From: Dimorphilus gyrociliatus
Lineage: Eukaryota; Animalia; Annelida
NCBI GenBank assembly: GCA_904063045.1
Contig: CAJFCJ010000059.1
Location: 1-54,533 of the forward strand
Reading direction: 5' to 3'
DNA length: 54,533 bases
This document shows, piece after piece, positions 12,576 to 22,820 of this stretch (the first letter of the stretch is position 1; each line of letters opens with the position of its first letter). Position numbers and translations under genes: made by a program. Below the pieces are notes generated by a model that was not told the origin of the DNA, searched no databases, and saw only the letters and a program-made list of their open reading frames with translations.

Positions 12576-13325
12576 TTGGGAAAAGCTTATCTTGACAACA
12601 ATTCTGAAGAGATGACTCTCATGGATGATGGTCAATATAGTGATCCTCTATCTTATTCAAAAGATATTGTGTATGAGAACCTTTCTGAAGAAGGTGTTAA
12701 TCAGTTTTTAAAAACTATTTCAACATGTACACAAGATATAACATTCTGGTCATTTTACTCTTTCATTTTTCATCACGCCTATATTTTCTGGGATAATATT
12801 TATAGACTTGGAAATAATTTTCCTGATGGAATTTGCAAATGTTTTACTGACATTAGATGTAAAGAAGAGTCAAATGTAAATGCAGAATGTTATGGCACAC
12901 CTGATAACAAGTGGGTAGATTTTAGTGGAACTTTCTCTGTAAAATCACACAGTCTACCATTAAAGACAATTGTACTTGGTGACCTTGGGCTTACTGTTGA
13001 GAAAGTAGAATATTCAATTAAAAAACTGGAATGCATGTTTCAACTGGTTATGGTTTCAATAGAATTTCCATTTGAAAAATGTTGGTGTAATCAGGAAAAG
13101 TGGAAGAAAATTAAATTGGAACTAGTTGACTCTAAAACTGCTACTTGTGTAACTTTAATTGGCAAGATTCTCCATCTGACAATTGAAACTTTGACTAACT
13201 TTGTAGAATTTCAAATTTATGGAGAGAATATTGAAGAAAATAATCCTGAATTTTTTGCCTATGATAAAAATTCTGTATTGTGCAAAGAAAAAGAAAATTA
13301 CAAGTTTTTTTGTCCATCAACATAA
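12576..13325 (+). CDS. Uncharacterised coding segment; C-terminal part weakly resembles a galactose-binding/F5-8-type beta-sandwich end
   Basis: 249-codon open frame without ATG. C-x2-LIGKILHL...FVEFQIYG resembles the C...GRYV...CEVEVYG ending. Gene model unresolved. Confidence 0.35.
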   Translation: MGKAYLDNNSEEMTLMDDGQYSDPLSYSKDIVYENLSEEGVNQFLKTISTCTQDITFWSFYSFIFHHAYIFWDNIYRLGNNFPDGICKCFTDIRCKEESNVNAECYGTPDNKWVDFSGTFSVKSHSLPLKTIVLGDLGLTVEKVEYSIKKLECMFQLVMVSIEFPFEKCWCNQEKWKKIKLELVDSKTATCVTLIGKILHLTIETLTNFVEFQIYGENIEENNPEFFAYDKNSVLCKEKENYKFFCPST

Positions 13326-14012
13326 TTTGTTAATTTAAAAATTTTTTTAAAAGAATCTTCAAAGCCATTTAGGTTGTGTGAAATTGTTACCAAGGTATAA
13401 CATAAATATAATCACCTAACATGATTAAAAATAATTAGAGCACTATGATGTAAATGTCACATTTATGCTAAGCAATATATTAAATAAATGTATACCAACA
13501 ATTCAATTTGTTTTGCAAATTTTACTTTAATAGAATGACTCAATGAACAATTGAGATATTATGGTTAAATTTTCCATGAGTTAAGTTTCTTGAATATATT
13601 TCAAAAGCATGCTTTGTTGAAGTATTTTGTTTCAATAGTTTACAGAATTCATATTGTGAAATAGCCAAATAAAACAAAGGAAAAGCCAACATCAAACAGT
13701 AACTGTTTTATTTAGTAGCTGACAGTCAAAGAAAATCAAATTTCTTTTGTTAGTGATATTTATTCATTTATAATATAATAATAAAATTCTTCCATACATT
13801 AAATAATTTAAAATCAGGAAGAAAAAACTGTTCATAGCAGGAGAGAATATTCCTAAATAAGTAATTAAAATTTCTGAATTTTATAAATTATTTAATGTAG
13901 GTAAGTTTTTACATATTTTTTTTTATAAAAATTACTATTGTTTTATGATTTTTTTCTTATTCGGCCAAATGACATGATTATTGGCACATAATCTTTTGAG
14001 TTAAAATTTCCT

Positions 14013-14560
14013 TTATCTTTGTATGTGCTGACCCTTTCTTTCAATGTATTTACTAATCCTATGGCCCATTCCATCATACAAATTTGGAAGCAACTCTGGA
14101 TTCTTCTTTATAAGCTCATAGCAGCTTTTCCTAATTTTTTTCCATAATTCATCCTCTGACTCAAACTGTGGCCCATCATAGACCATTGTTTTTGTTAGGT
14201 GCCACATGTTTTCGATCAGGCTCAGGTCAGGACTCCTTTCTAGCCAATCAATGGTCTTGATTTTATACTTCCTGCCCATTTTTGTCTCAATCTCTTCTGT
14301 GACAGGAAGAACATCTTCCAAAATGAAGGAGCTATAAATTTCTGCATTCAATCTTTTCTTTATCCTCCATACTTTGAATATGCCACCAGATGTTATCAAC
14401 CCCCAGACCAATACTCCTCCTCTCCCCATATTTTTGTCACCCTAAAGTCCTTTTCACTATTGTTAGTCCACATTTAAAAGTCATCAGGTCCACTTGGCAA
14501 GAATCTAGCCTCATTGGTAAAAATTACTCTAGACCAGTCTAGATTTTTGCTAATCATTTT
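14013..14560 (-). pseudogene. Tc1/mariner-superfamily (DDE_3-type) transposase remnant
   Basis: WSRVIFTNEARF.SGPD*, GGVLVWG, WLERSPDLSLIENMW. In-frame stop, first catalytic D replaced by N, internal deletion. Confidence 0.85.
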
Positions 14561-14628
14561 GAGACAATATTCTTTTCTCCATTTACAATCTTTAGAGGTG
14601 AGATCTGTTCTTTGCCTGATTCTTTGTA

Positions 14629-14678
14629 AATTCCTACAATTACAATACAACAAAGTACAAATATGGCACAGTCAACAG
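14629..14678 (+). mobile_element. Family B LTR 3' end plus tRNA-Ser-type PBS
   Basis: TTCCTACAATTACAATACAACAAAGTACA matches the family B LTR end and is followed by TGGCACAGTCAACAG, nearly identical to the PBS at 18382. Confidence 0.55.
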
Positions 14679-14999
14679 CCCACAATTCAACTTTAAGGAA
14701 TGATATTTTGGTTTATGAAAGGGAGAAAACCAGAGCAAAGGAAATAGATGAGTATCTTAATAAAATAAATGAATTAATGTTGAGAATTAAGGGTAGTGGA
14801 GCCAAAATTGATGGTAATAGCTTTTTGAAATACCATTAATAATCCTAGTTAAAACATTTGATGTTCTCCAATAATTTATTAAACACTGTACAACTGATTG
14901 AGGATTTGTATTGTGTATAATCTTTGCGTTTGAAGTTCAAATGGTAGATTTGGATTTTTAAATAGATTAGAGGTGATTGGTATTTCTCCTCTAGTGTTA

Positions 15000-16430
15000 G
15001 AAATTGGAAATTGTGTTATTTTGAAAAGTGAACTGTAAAAATTGATAAACTTCTTCAATTTCATAAGAGACAATTCCATCTCGATTGCTATTTTTCTGTA
15101 TTACCTTTAGAGAGAATATTAAAGACATGACTCACCTGTATAGTATAATAGTTTTGTATGAATCATATTAATAATTCTTTTATCAATAGTTGACAAACTG
15201 TTAAGAAGAGTTGAAGCCTTATCTTAGAATTGAAGAGAATTGTAGCAGATTAAGACTAGCCAATGAATCCAATAAATTAGAAGCAGGGAAAGAATAAATA
15301 TAAATTATAAATTGGTTAGGCAAGAACACTACAGTATTTTAATATCTTCTCTTCTGACAGCATTATTTAAAAAGCTGATATAAGATCTGCTTCTCCTTTC
15401 AATTTAAATGACTGTGCATCACAATTCAGTGGTTTAAATAGAGAAATCACTTCTTTATGATCAACATCCATTAATATAATTATGTTATGTTTTATATTGT
15501 AAAAGAATTAATATAAAATTCAAAATATTTTCAGAGTAATGAATACCAGTTTTCCTTATTACAAAACTATATTTTACATTGTTTTTTCCTTTTCCTGTTT
15601 TGACAAATTTAGAAGATATGTTTCTTTTTTTCATTTTTCATATAAGCTTTGATAGAAATCACAACATGAATTTGAAAAACTGTTGGAAGTGTGGATTCAA
15701 ATTTCATTGGACACAAAGAAAATTCAGATACAAGTTGTGCAGACATTTTTATCAAGCAAAATGTTCAAAATATAAGTAAAATCTCTAACTTTCTGGGGTT
15801 TAATGCTAATCAGTTATATATTAAGATGCAGATTATTGTCCTGATTGTCATGATGTCAGCAAGCAAAAATTATTTATTAAATTAAAGAAAATAGATAATT
15901 ATCATCAGAGTGAAAGTCCTCTAGAATATTATCTTTAAATTTTAAGATAATATCTTCTGTTATTCCTTTACCTGTTTTTCCATTGTCACCAGTTGCCATT
16001 TCTTTCAAGCCCATTCTTGAATGAAGAACATTTTCCATGTTTTTATGCAACTTATGAAGATGATTTTCATTTCTTACAATGAACTTTGAAATCATCTCTA
16101 TCTCCATGATGTTTCAAAATAACATTTAGTCAGCAATTGAATCATATGCTTTTGGCTTTTTCTTTCAATTGAACATTGTAGATTCTAAATTTAAGTTACT
16201 GAATGTTCAATGCAAAGATATACTTTTTCTCCCTTTGTAAGCAAATAGTGTAAAACTATTCCAATCCCAATTCCTAATTTACAATTGAAATTTTTATTGA
16301 AAGAAAAATAATTGTTAATCATATTGTTACATGCAGCAAAGGAAACAAAATGAAAAACCATTGTTTTGAAATTTAAATCCTTCAATCTGTTGTTTGAAGC
16401 AACAAATGAAATTATAACCATATGTTTCAA
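15000..16430 (-). pseudogene. Heavily decayed NACHT-type NTPase (NLR) paralog
   Basis: CKLGIGIGIVLHYLLTKG resembles the Walker A region GKPGIGKSVQVKYLLHKW at about 53330. NVLHSRMGLKEM resembles Walker B VVLLIDGADEL. Many stops. Confidence 0.4.
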
Positions 16431-16478
16431 GGTTATTATGGTTATTATTCAGTTATACCAGTTTTCATTTAAATAATT

Positions 16479-16533
16479 CTGGTTCAATACTACTTCTCTA
16501 TTGTAGAGTATAGCTGACAAATATATGCGTACA
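16479..16533 (+). promoter_or_regulatory. 55-nt dispersed host motif directly abutting the folB ATG
   Basis: Ungapped near-identical copies at 40450-40504 (+) and 54108-54162 (-); diverged copy at about 38775-38822 (-). Regulatory function is inferred only. Confidence 0.55.
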
Positions 16534-16892
16534 ATGGATAAAATTATATTAAAAAATTTAGGTTTTTATGGCTACCATGGCGCCATGTCAGAGGAAAATA
16601 CACTGGGTCAAAAATTCTTTGTGGATTTAGAATTAGGTGTAGACCTAAAAAGGCAGTCAAAAGTGATCGAGTGCAAGATACAGTACACTACGGAATGGTC
16701 TATGATGTGGTTAAAAACATAATAGAAGGTCCTCCTATTAACTTGATGGAAGCTTTGGCTGAACAAACTACAGAAGCTATTTTTAAAGCATTTGAAAAAG
16801 TAATGACTATTAAAGTAACTCTAAAAAAACCAGAAGCACCAGTGGCAGGTATTTTTGACTATATTGCTGTAGAACTTTATAGGGAGAGATAA
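16534..16892 (+). CDS. folB: Bacterial-type dihydroneopterin aldolase, intronless, with a 1-nt frameshift in the A5 run at 16647-16651 (pseudogene or assembly error)
   Basis: [39 protein letters not shown], then frameshift, then [18 protein letters not shown]...NLMEALAE...[24 protein letters not shown]. Adding one A gives 119 aa with the FolB active-site Glu, Tyr, Glu and Lys motifs. Confidence 0.9.
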
Positions 16893-16910
16893 GATGCATA
16901 TGGTTTATTT

Positions 16911-17135
16911 AATGTTTAAATTAAAACGGTTTATTCGCAATAATAATACTTAAGCAAGTAGTAATATGAGAGTTCAATAGCAGGTTGCCAAATTACCAAA
17001 CTGTCTTCCAATGTTGAGGAGTAGATGGATGGTTCCAGTGAAGGTGTTTCCAGGTTATCTTCCCAGGTCCTAGGGTCCAGATGAAGACGCGGTGCAGAAT
17101 GAGAATAGCATGTAAAATATAACCAAAGTTGTACA
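16911..17135 (-). mobile_element. Internally deleted solo LTR, family A
   Basis: Begins TGTACAACTTTGG on the minus strand at 17135 and matches the LTR A R region; lies 18 nt after the folB stop. Confidence 0.85.
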
Positions 17136-17325
17136 GTAACATGGGTGATCGTTGTGCATTAGTAGATGAAGCTGTGAAACAACTAGACACCCATATGAAT
17201 ATCAAAGTGACAGGTCAAAGTGTCTATTATGACAGAAGACACCTGATATGGTTAGTCCATAGAAGAGGCCCTAAGCAAAATAGAAGATCAAGCAATTGAA
17301 CATTTGTAGTTCTTGTAAATATTTA

Positions 17326-17745
17326 GGGGTCGACAGAAAACGTCCATGAAGAAAAACGTCCATGAACCGAAAGAAAACATTCACCATTAAGGTTATCAAT
17401 TTCCCTACAGTGAATCTTTTTAAGGAGTGCCTTTTAATAAATGACCTGTGTGTTTTTAATTAGAATGTCACTCAATTTATAAATACGTGGATAATCTGAA
17501 CTTTCTATATTCAGAAAAGTATCCCAAACGAATATGTTATTCTTGTAATAGGCTAATTGAATAAAAGTTTCTTTTTTGGGTTCAGACAGAAAACGTCCAC
17601 AAAATTAAAACAGTCAAAAGAACTGGTAAAAAAAAATTTTTCTTTATAAAACTTTATAGAAAAGTATTACTTTTATATGTATAATTGATTATATCTTCAA
17701 AAAAACATGTCTTTGATACTTAAAATTAAGGGACAGAAAATATCC
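17326..17745 (+). repeat. DNA-transposon-like terminal region with repeated CAGAAAAC(G/A)TCC motifs
   Basis: Motif at about 17333, 17348, 17587 and 17734; the same core forms the TIR of the MITE at 48274-48481. Confidence 0.4.
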
Positions 17746-17749
17746 ACAT

Positions 17750-18377
17750 TGTACAACTTTGATTATATTTTACATTCTTGAACTGTATTATTTGATGCAA
17801 CTTATACATGTACATCTTAAAACCTACGCAAGAAAATGCTTGGCCAAACATAAGTCTGATTAGTCAGCAACAAGGCTCATCTTTAATTACCAATAAAGGT
17901 TTGGCCAAGTTATAATCTAATTAACTTGCCTAGGGTGTCGCCAAGTTATAATTCAATTAACCTTCCTAAATGTTGAACCTTGTAACATCCTGTTACTAAA
18001 GATAAATATGAAATACACATTTCAGCAACTGTAAAGTGATGATTGGATGTCAGAGGCAAACCTCAGAGTATATAAATCTTCATTATTCTCATTCGGCATG
18101 CAGCTTCCATCTGGACCCAAGGACCTGAGAAGATCACCTGGAAACAACCTCCCCTGGAACCCTCCATCTACTCCTCAACATTGGAAGACAGTTTGGTAAT
18201 TTGGCAACCTGCTTTTACGAACTATCTACTCTGCTTTAGAGCTCTCATATTGTTACTTGCTTAAGTATTATTATTGCGAATAAACTGTTTTAATTTAAAC
18301 ATTTGTTTAAAGGTTTGATTAGAACCAGTATTGTTATAACTTTCAAACGCATAAATTTTGCCAGCAAGAGAAGTACA
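17750..18377 (+). mobile_element. 5' LTR (family A)
   Basis: TGTACA...AGTACA termini, TATATAAA at about 18070, AATAAA at about 18279; direct repeat of 25187-25741. Confidence 0.9.
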
Positions 18378-18381
18378 AATT

Positions 18382-18399
18382 TGGCGCAGTCAACAGGAT
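18382..18399 (+). promoter_or_regulatory. Primer-binding site, tRNA-Ser type
   Basis: TGGCGCAGTCAACAGGAT, 4 nt after the LTR; resembles the TGGCGCAGTCGGTAGGAT tRNA-Ser PBS of Drosophila 17.6/297-group elements. Confidence 0.75.
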
Positions 18400-18437
18400 A
18401 TTCTTTTGGTTTATTCAAAAGTTTTGAGAAAGTAAAT

Positions 18438-18767
18438 ATGGCAGAAGGAGGAAATGGAAATGCCACTGGGGCAGTTACAGACTCTAACCCTTCAACCCCA
18501 GCAACTCCAACAATTACAATTCAGCCAGCAGAAATGTCAGAAAGGCAACAAAGACTAATTGAAGACTATGATAGATTGGTGAGTGAAATGAAAAGAAATC
18601 GAATCACAATTCCAACAGATCATGGAGATGGAACACATCACCCAGCACAGAACCCAAATGTTGATATCACAACAGTAATTCAAGCATTAAGGGCTGCTTG
18701 GGACCGCCCTCAAAGAACTATTCTCAAGTTGTATGATGGAAGCAAGGAGTGTTCAAAATTCAAGGAA
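18438..18767 (+). pseudogene. gag: gag N-terminal half
   Basis: MAEGG...KLYDGSKECSKFKE; continues in register with RYNYLAYQY.W at 20730. Confidence 0.75.
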
Positions 18768-18774
18768 GTAATGT

Positions 18775-19110
18775 TTTCATATGTAGATTGTCAATGAAAT
18801 TTTTGCTTTTTATAGAAATGATATCTACTCAAAAAAGGAAATAAAAAACAATTTAAAAATAATAGAGACTGAGAGAGAAGACAAATTTATTTGTTTTTTA
18901 CAAGATTGTGATTTATTGTGGCATTTTTTCAAGCATAAGCCACTGATAATGAAATATCACTAAATGAAACAGTAGGAATAAATATTACAATTGTATCTGG
19001 AATATTATTCAACCTAAACTATATTATTAATAAAAAACCATTCAACAACAAACCAAGAGAAATAAATGTCAAATTGAAATTTTTCATGAAAAATTGTCTC
19101 TCCAATTTGT
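18775..19110 (-). pseudogene. Class A GPCR pseudogene fragment (TM1-TM3) inside the insert
   Basis: FISLGLLLNGFLLII*, FIPTVSFSDI, ICLLSQSLL, SRY...KFH with several stops; truncated at the gag junction. Confidence 0.5.
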
Positions 19111-19507
19111 ATAAATGTCAAGTCAAGGTCAACTGAATGGTTGTAGACAATGTAATATTATCATCAAATCCAATGATTTTTTCCCAATACACAAGAATTA
19201 GGTGGAAAGTGATGATGGATGGAATAGATGGAATAATATGGGATAAATTCTCTCATCATCTTCTCTCCTTTTAAGTTGTTAATGGATTGCTGCTAAATTT
19301 TTAATCATAGCTATTTTACTAATCAAATTTTATTAGAATACCTTTTAGGCCTACATTGATTATTGATTAGAGTAAGACTCTAAAAATGGCTTATGCCTGG
19401 AAGGGATAATATAGAGGAAATGCTAACAAAAACTAAAATACCATCAAATCTTAGTTTCTAAGCTATTGGTCACATGATTTAAGGATTTATTTTTAATTCC
19501 AACTGAC

Positions 19508-20413
19508 TCATTTGCAAGTAAATTTTTTCAATAGATTTGAATAAAATTTCTTAGTTTCGTGTTTTATTGACACTTTTGTGTAGCCATGAACTAATGGATT
19601 GATTGTTGAATTTGAAAGAACAACTGCTCTAAATGAATCCCTGAGTAATTTAAAATCCAACTCTGATAGAGAAAATGTTTGCTGACTCCCATAATGTGTT
19701 ACTATAGTGATTATAATAGGTAAAATCCATAAAAAACAATTGAATATTATCAAAAATGTTAGAACCCTGATATTACTTCCTTCATTTGCAAAATTTTCGG
19801 CATTTGTTACATCAGAAATTGCTTTTCTCTGTTTCCTTACTGCTCTGAGAATTGGAATAAATAATAGTAAACTGGTAATGGCATTTGGTAAAACAGTACT
19901 AAATGACCAAAAATACATATAAGCAAATGGAAAAATATTGTTAGTGTTACAATCAAAAGTGGAGTTTTGTTTTAAAACAATTTCGTATCTGTTCCAACCC
20001 AAAACTGGAAATGAACATATAATAAGAGAAGTAAACCATATAAAAGAAAGTAGGATAAATGCATTCCTAGTTGTCCATAGTTTATGGAATGTTAAAGGTT
20101 TTACAACAGCTAAATACTTTTCCAATATTATTAATGTTAATGTAAAAGATGATACTGAAACAATTAGAAAAATTGATTGGTTAAAAATGAGGCAACTGTA
20201 AAAATTCGTCTGCTCTTTATGAAGAATAAAGAAACATAATAGGCTTATTGAATATAAAATATCTGTAAATGTTAATGCAGTAACACCAAAATTATGCAAT
20301 TTCCATAAATCCTTATTAATTGTACCAATAATGATTAAATTACTATTTAAACAAAAACCAATAACTTGATTAGTACATGAAACTAATAATATCAATTTTT
20401 GTGCATCAATCAT
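19508..20413 (-). CDS. Intact single-exon class A (rhodopsin-like) orphan GPCR, 301 aa
   Basis: Seven hydrophobic segments; TM2 LTFTD, EKY (DRY variant), FPVLGWN, TM6 CFLWILP, TM7 NSTINPLVHGY. Confidence 0.9.
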   Translation of the reverse strand: MIDAQKLILLVSCTNQVIGFCLNSNLIIIGTINKDLWKLHNFGVTALTFTDILYSISLLCFFILHKEQTNFYSCLIFNQSIFLIVSVSSFTLTLIILEKYLAVVKPLTFHKLWTTRNAFILLSFIWFTSLIICSFPVLGWNRYEIVLKQNSTFDCNTNNIFPFAYMYFWSFSTVLPNAITSLLLFIPILRAVRKQRKAISDVTNAENFANEGSNIRVLTFLIIFNCFLWILPIIITIVTHYGSQQTFSLSELDFKLLRDSFRAVVLSNSTINPLVHGYTKVSIKHETKKFYSNLLKKFTCK

Positions 20414-20729
20414 TGTCTTTCAAATACAGAAATTTTTTGCAGTAGATAATGCAAGAGATATTTAACACTGAACCAAATATATATAAAATCTGATGAGTCA
20501 TATATCATTTATAATATTTTTAATACAAATTAACAGATTACTTTTATATCTGCATTTATTATTTATATATTTTTATATCAATAGAAATTTTCTTAGTTTT
20601 CCACTTATTTTCTTTCTTTTTTTGCTCAAATCAGAAATGGCTTATAATGAATCATCAGCTGTTTACTCTTTTGTTGGAAAAACACATAAATCTCCCTTAC
20701 CTGTCCAAAACAGCTTACATTTTATATCC

Positions 20730-22416
20730 AGATACAACTATTTAGCCTATCAATACAAATTGGGCCAACAGAAAACGTCCCCAAGTGAGATTTTATTTAA
20801 CTGGCCCTGCAAAGGATTTGGTGTTGGCCCTGGATGGAGAGCCTACTGTAGAGGAAATATGGAAAGCCCTCCATGATGAATTTGATCTAGATCCCTTGGA
20901 GTATCAAGAAAAATTGCTGAACTTAAAGCAAATGAATGGCAAAAGTGTGGTTCAGTTTGTTAATAGAGCAAAGAAATTGATAAAGAGGTTTTCTCCACCT
21001 AGACCAATGGAACCACAAGTGCTTGCAACTATGAAAGAAATAAAACTGATGGAAGTTTTACAAAGAGGATTACAACAGGATATTCTACATTTAGTGTACA
21101 CCTTACATCCTAAAAGTCAAACATTGGCAGAACTATATGAGGCTGCTAAGCAAGCAGAAACTTCATTAAAACTAACTCAAAGAAAACCAATCACAATGGT
21201 GTCAAAATTGGAAACTCAACAAAGAAAAGAGCCCAAAAAGACCCAGGTAATCAGAAAAGATGCTTCTACAGAAACTCCAAATTTTTGGAATAGAAAGCAT
21301 GTACCTGACAACAAAAATGCTACTAAAGAAAAGTTTTCAAGCCAAAAAGTCCAAAAGTATGCACCAACTCCAACAAACAGGTATTATAAGAAAAATCAAC
21401 CAGCAAAGACAATACTGAAAGAGGAACCTAAGCTACAAAAATTAGAAACATTAGACAATGAAAGCATGTCAGAAAATGACAAAGTTCAAGATATTCTCTG
21501 TTTTTCAGATAGTGATGAATCCACTTGTCAGCTGTTACAAGGCAAACAATCTGAGCAAAATGCTTCAACATTTATTGGACAATTTGAAACTAATACTGGT
21601 TTTAAGTTTGATGCCTTGATAGACTCTGGTAGTGACAGATCTTTCATTTCAAAAAAGGTATTAAGACAAGTTCAAGGAAAAGCATTCTTTCCAGAACAAA
21701 CTGTGAAAAATGCTAGAGATGCGTCAGGTAATAGCATAGAGATATTTGGAGAAATCATTCTCAGACTTTATTTTAATGGAAAGATTATTAAACAATGCTT
21801 TCTGATCAACAAAATCATTACACAACAATGTATTATTGGGTGTGACTTTCTACAACAAAATGGAGCTACCCTTGACTTTGGCAAGAGGCAGATTATACTC
21901 CAGCCAGGTACAGAAAAGAATTACCCTCTTGGAACACAACACTTATCTTTCAAAGGATTTTATCCAGTTCCTCTTACTATGAAAAAGAATGAGAGTCAAA
22001 TACATACCCTTCAGACAACAATTGAACAAGAAAATCCCGAGATGAAGGAAAAAGTTACCCAAATTCTGGCAAAATATAAAGAAACTATTGCAGAAGACAG
22101 ATTTGATATTGGCATTCCAGAGGTACCATCCTTAGAAATTACTCTTCAACCAGGTTCAACGCCATATAGACAAAAGCCATATAGAATGTCACCTCAAAAA
22201 CAAGAAGAATGCAAACAACAGATAGCTGAGTTGGTAAAAAGCAAACTTATTCAACCAAGCAAAAGCAATTTGGCTTCACCAACTGTTTTTGTAAGAAAAA
22301 AGGAAAGTAATCTACAAATGGATGTAGATTATAGAAAACTAAACCATGGCTCTTCATCAGAAATCTCAGATAGTGACGATTCAGAGATGGAAGTTACTAA
22401 TTCTGATACTGGTTAA
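20730..22416 (+). pseudogene. gag-pol: gag C-terminus, aspartic protease and first residues of reverse transcriptase (truncated)
   Basis: RFYLTGPAKD...W...F (gag); ALIDSGSDRSFIS (protease); PYRQKPYRMSP...ASPTVFVRKK...DYRKLN (RT start), then an abrupt switch to acidic sequence after 22344. Confidence 0.9.
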
Positions 22417-22820
22417 AAAGCAACACTTTTGAAACAGACTGTAATTATGGTTCTAATGAACTCTCAAGCTCAACTGAAAGTGATGACACTGTAATGAATA
22501 GTGAACTGAATCAAAATAAACATTCAGAGGCAAACATTATTTCTGATATTATAGAAGAAGAAACATCTAATTCAAATAATGAATCAATAATTATTGAAGA
22601 TTCATCCAAAGGAGAACAAGAAAATCAAAGTGACACAGACAAGGATTCAGTCATACTTTTAGATGAGACTGAAACTATCTCTGAAGAATCAGATTCTGAA
22701 ATAGAAAGGAAAACTCGATATTTAGAGTTAGAAGATGAAATAACTATCAGAGTGGAACCAAAACAAGAAATTTTCAACCATTCAACTATAGCCAACACAG
22801 GAAGAGCTAACATGAAACAG

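Noticed and set aside
14700-14850. Possible gag fragment after the family B PBS (IDEYLNKINELMLRIKGSGAKID)
   Set aside because: Short and only weakly Copia-gag-like; cannot be supported without a profile search.
16479-16533. 55-nt motif as a spliced-leader exon with a retroposed trans-spliced folB
   Set aside because: Similarity continues past the donor position (ATATGCGTACA versus GTAAGTGTACA), so the folB copy is a DNA-level copy rather than a spliced junction; no clear Sm site.
16534-16892. folB as simple bacterial contamination
   Set aside because: No neighbouring folP/folK or other bacterial sequence, and both flanks are host repeats found elsewhere in the window; still needs read-level confirmation.
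18768-20731. The insert in gag begins GT and ends CAG, like an intron that could restore gag
   Set aside because: Splicing there gives ...KE-IQLFSLSIQIGPTENVPK* and does not restore the gag frame; treated as coincidence unless RNA-seq shows otherwise.
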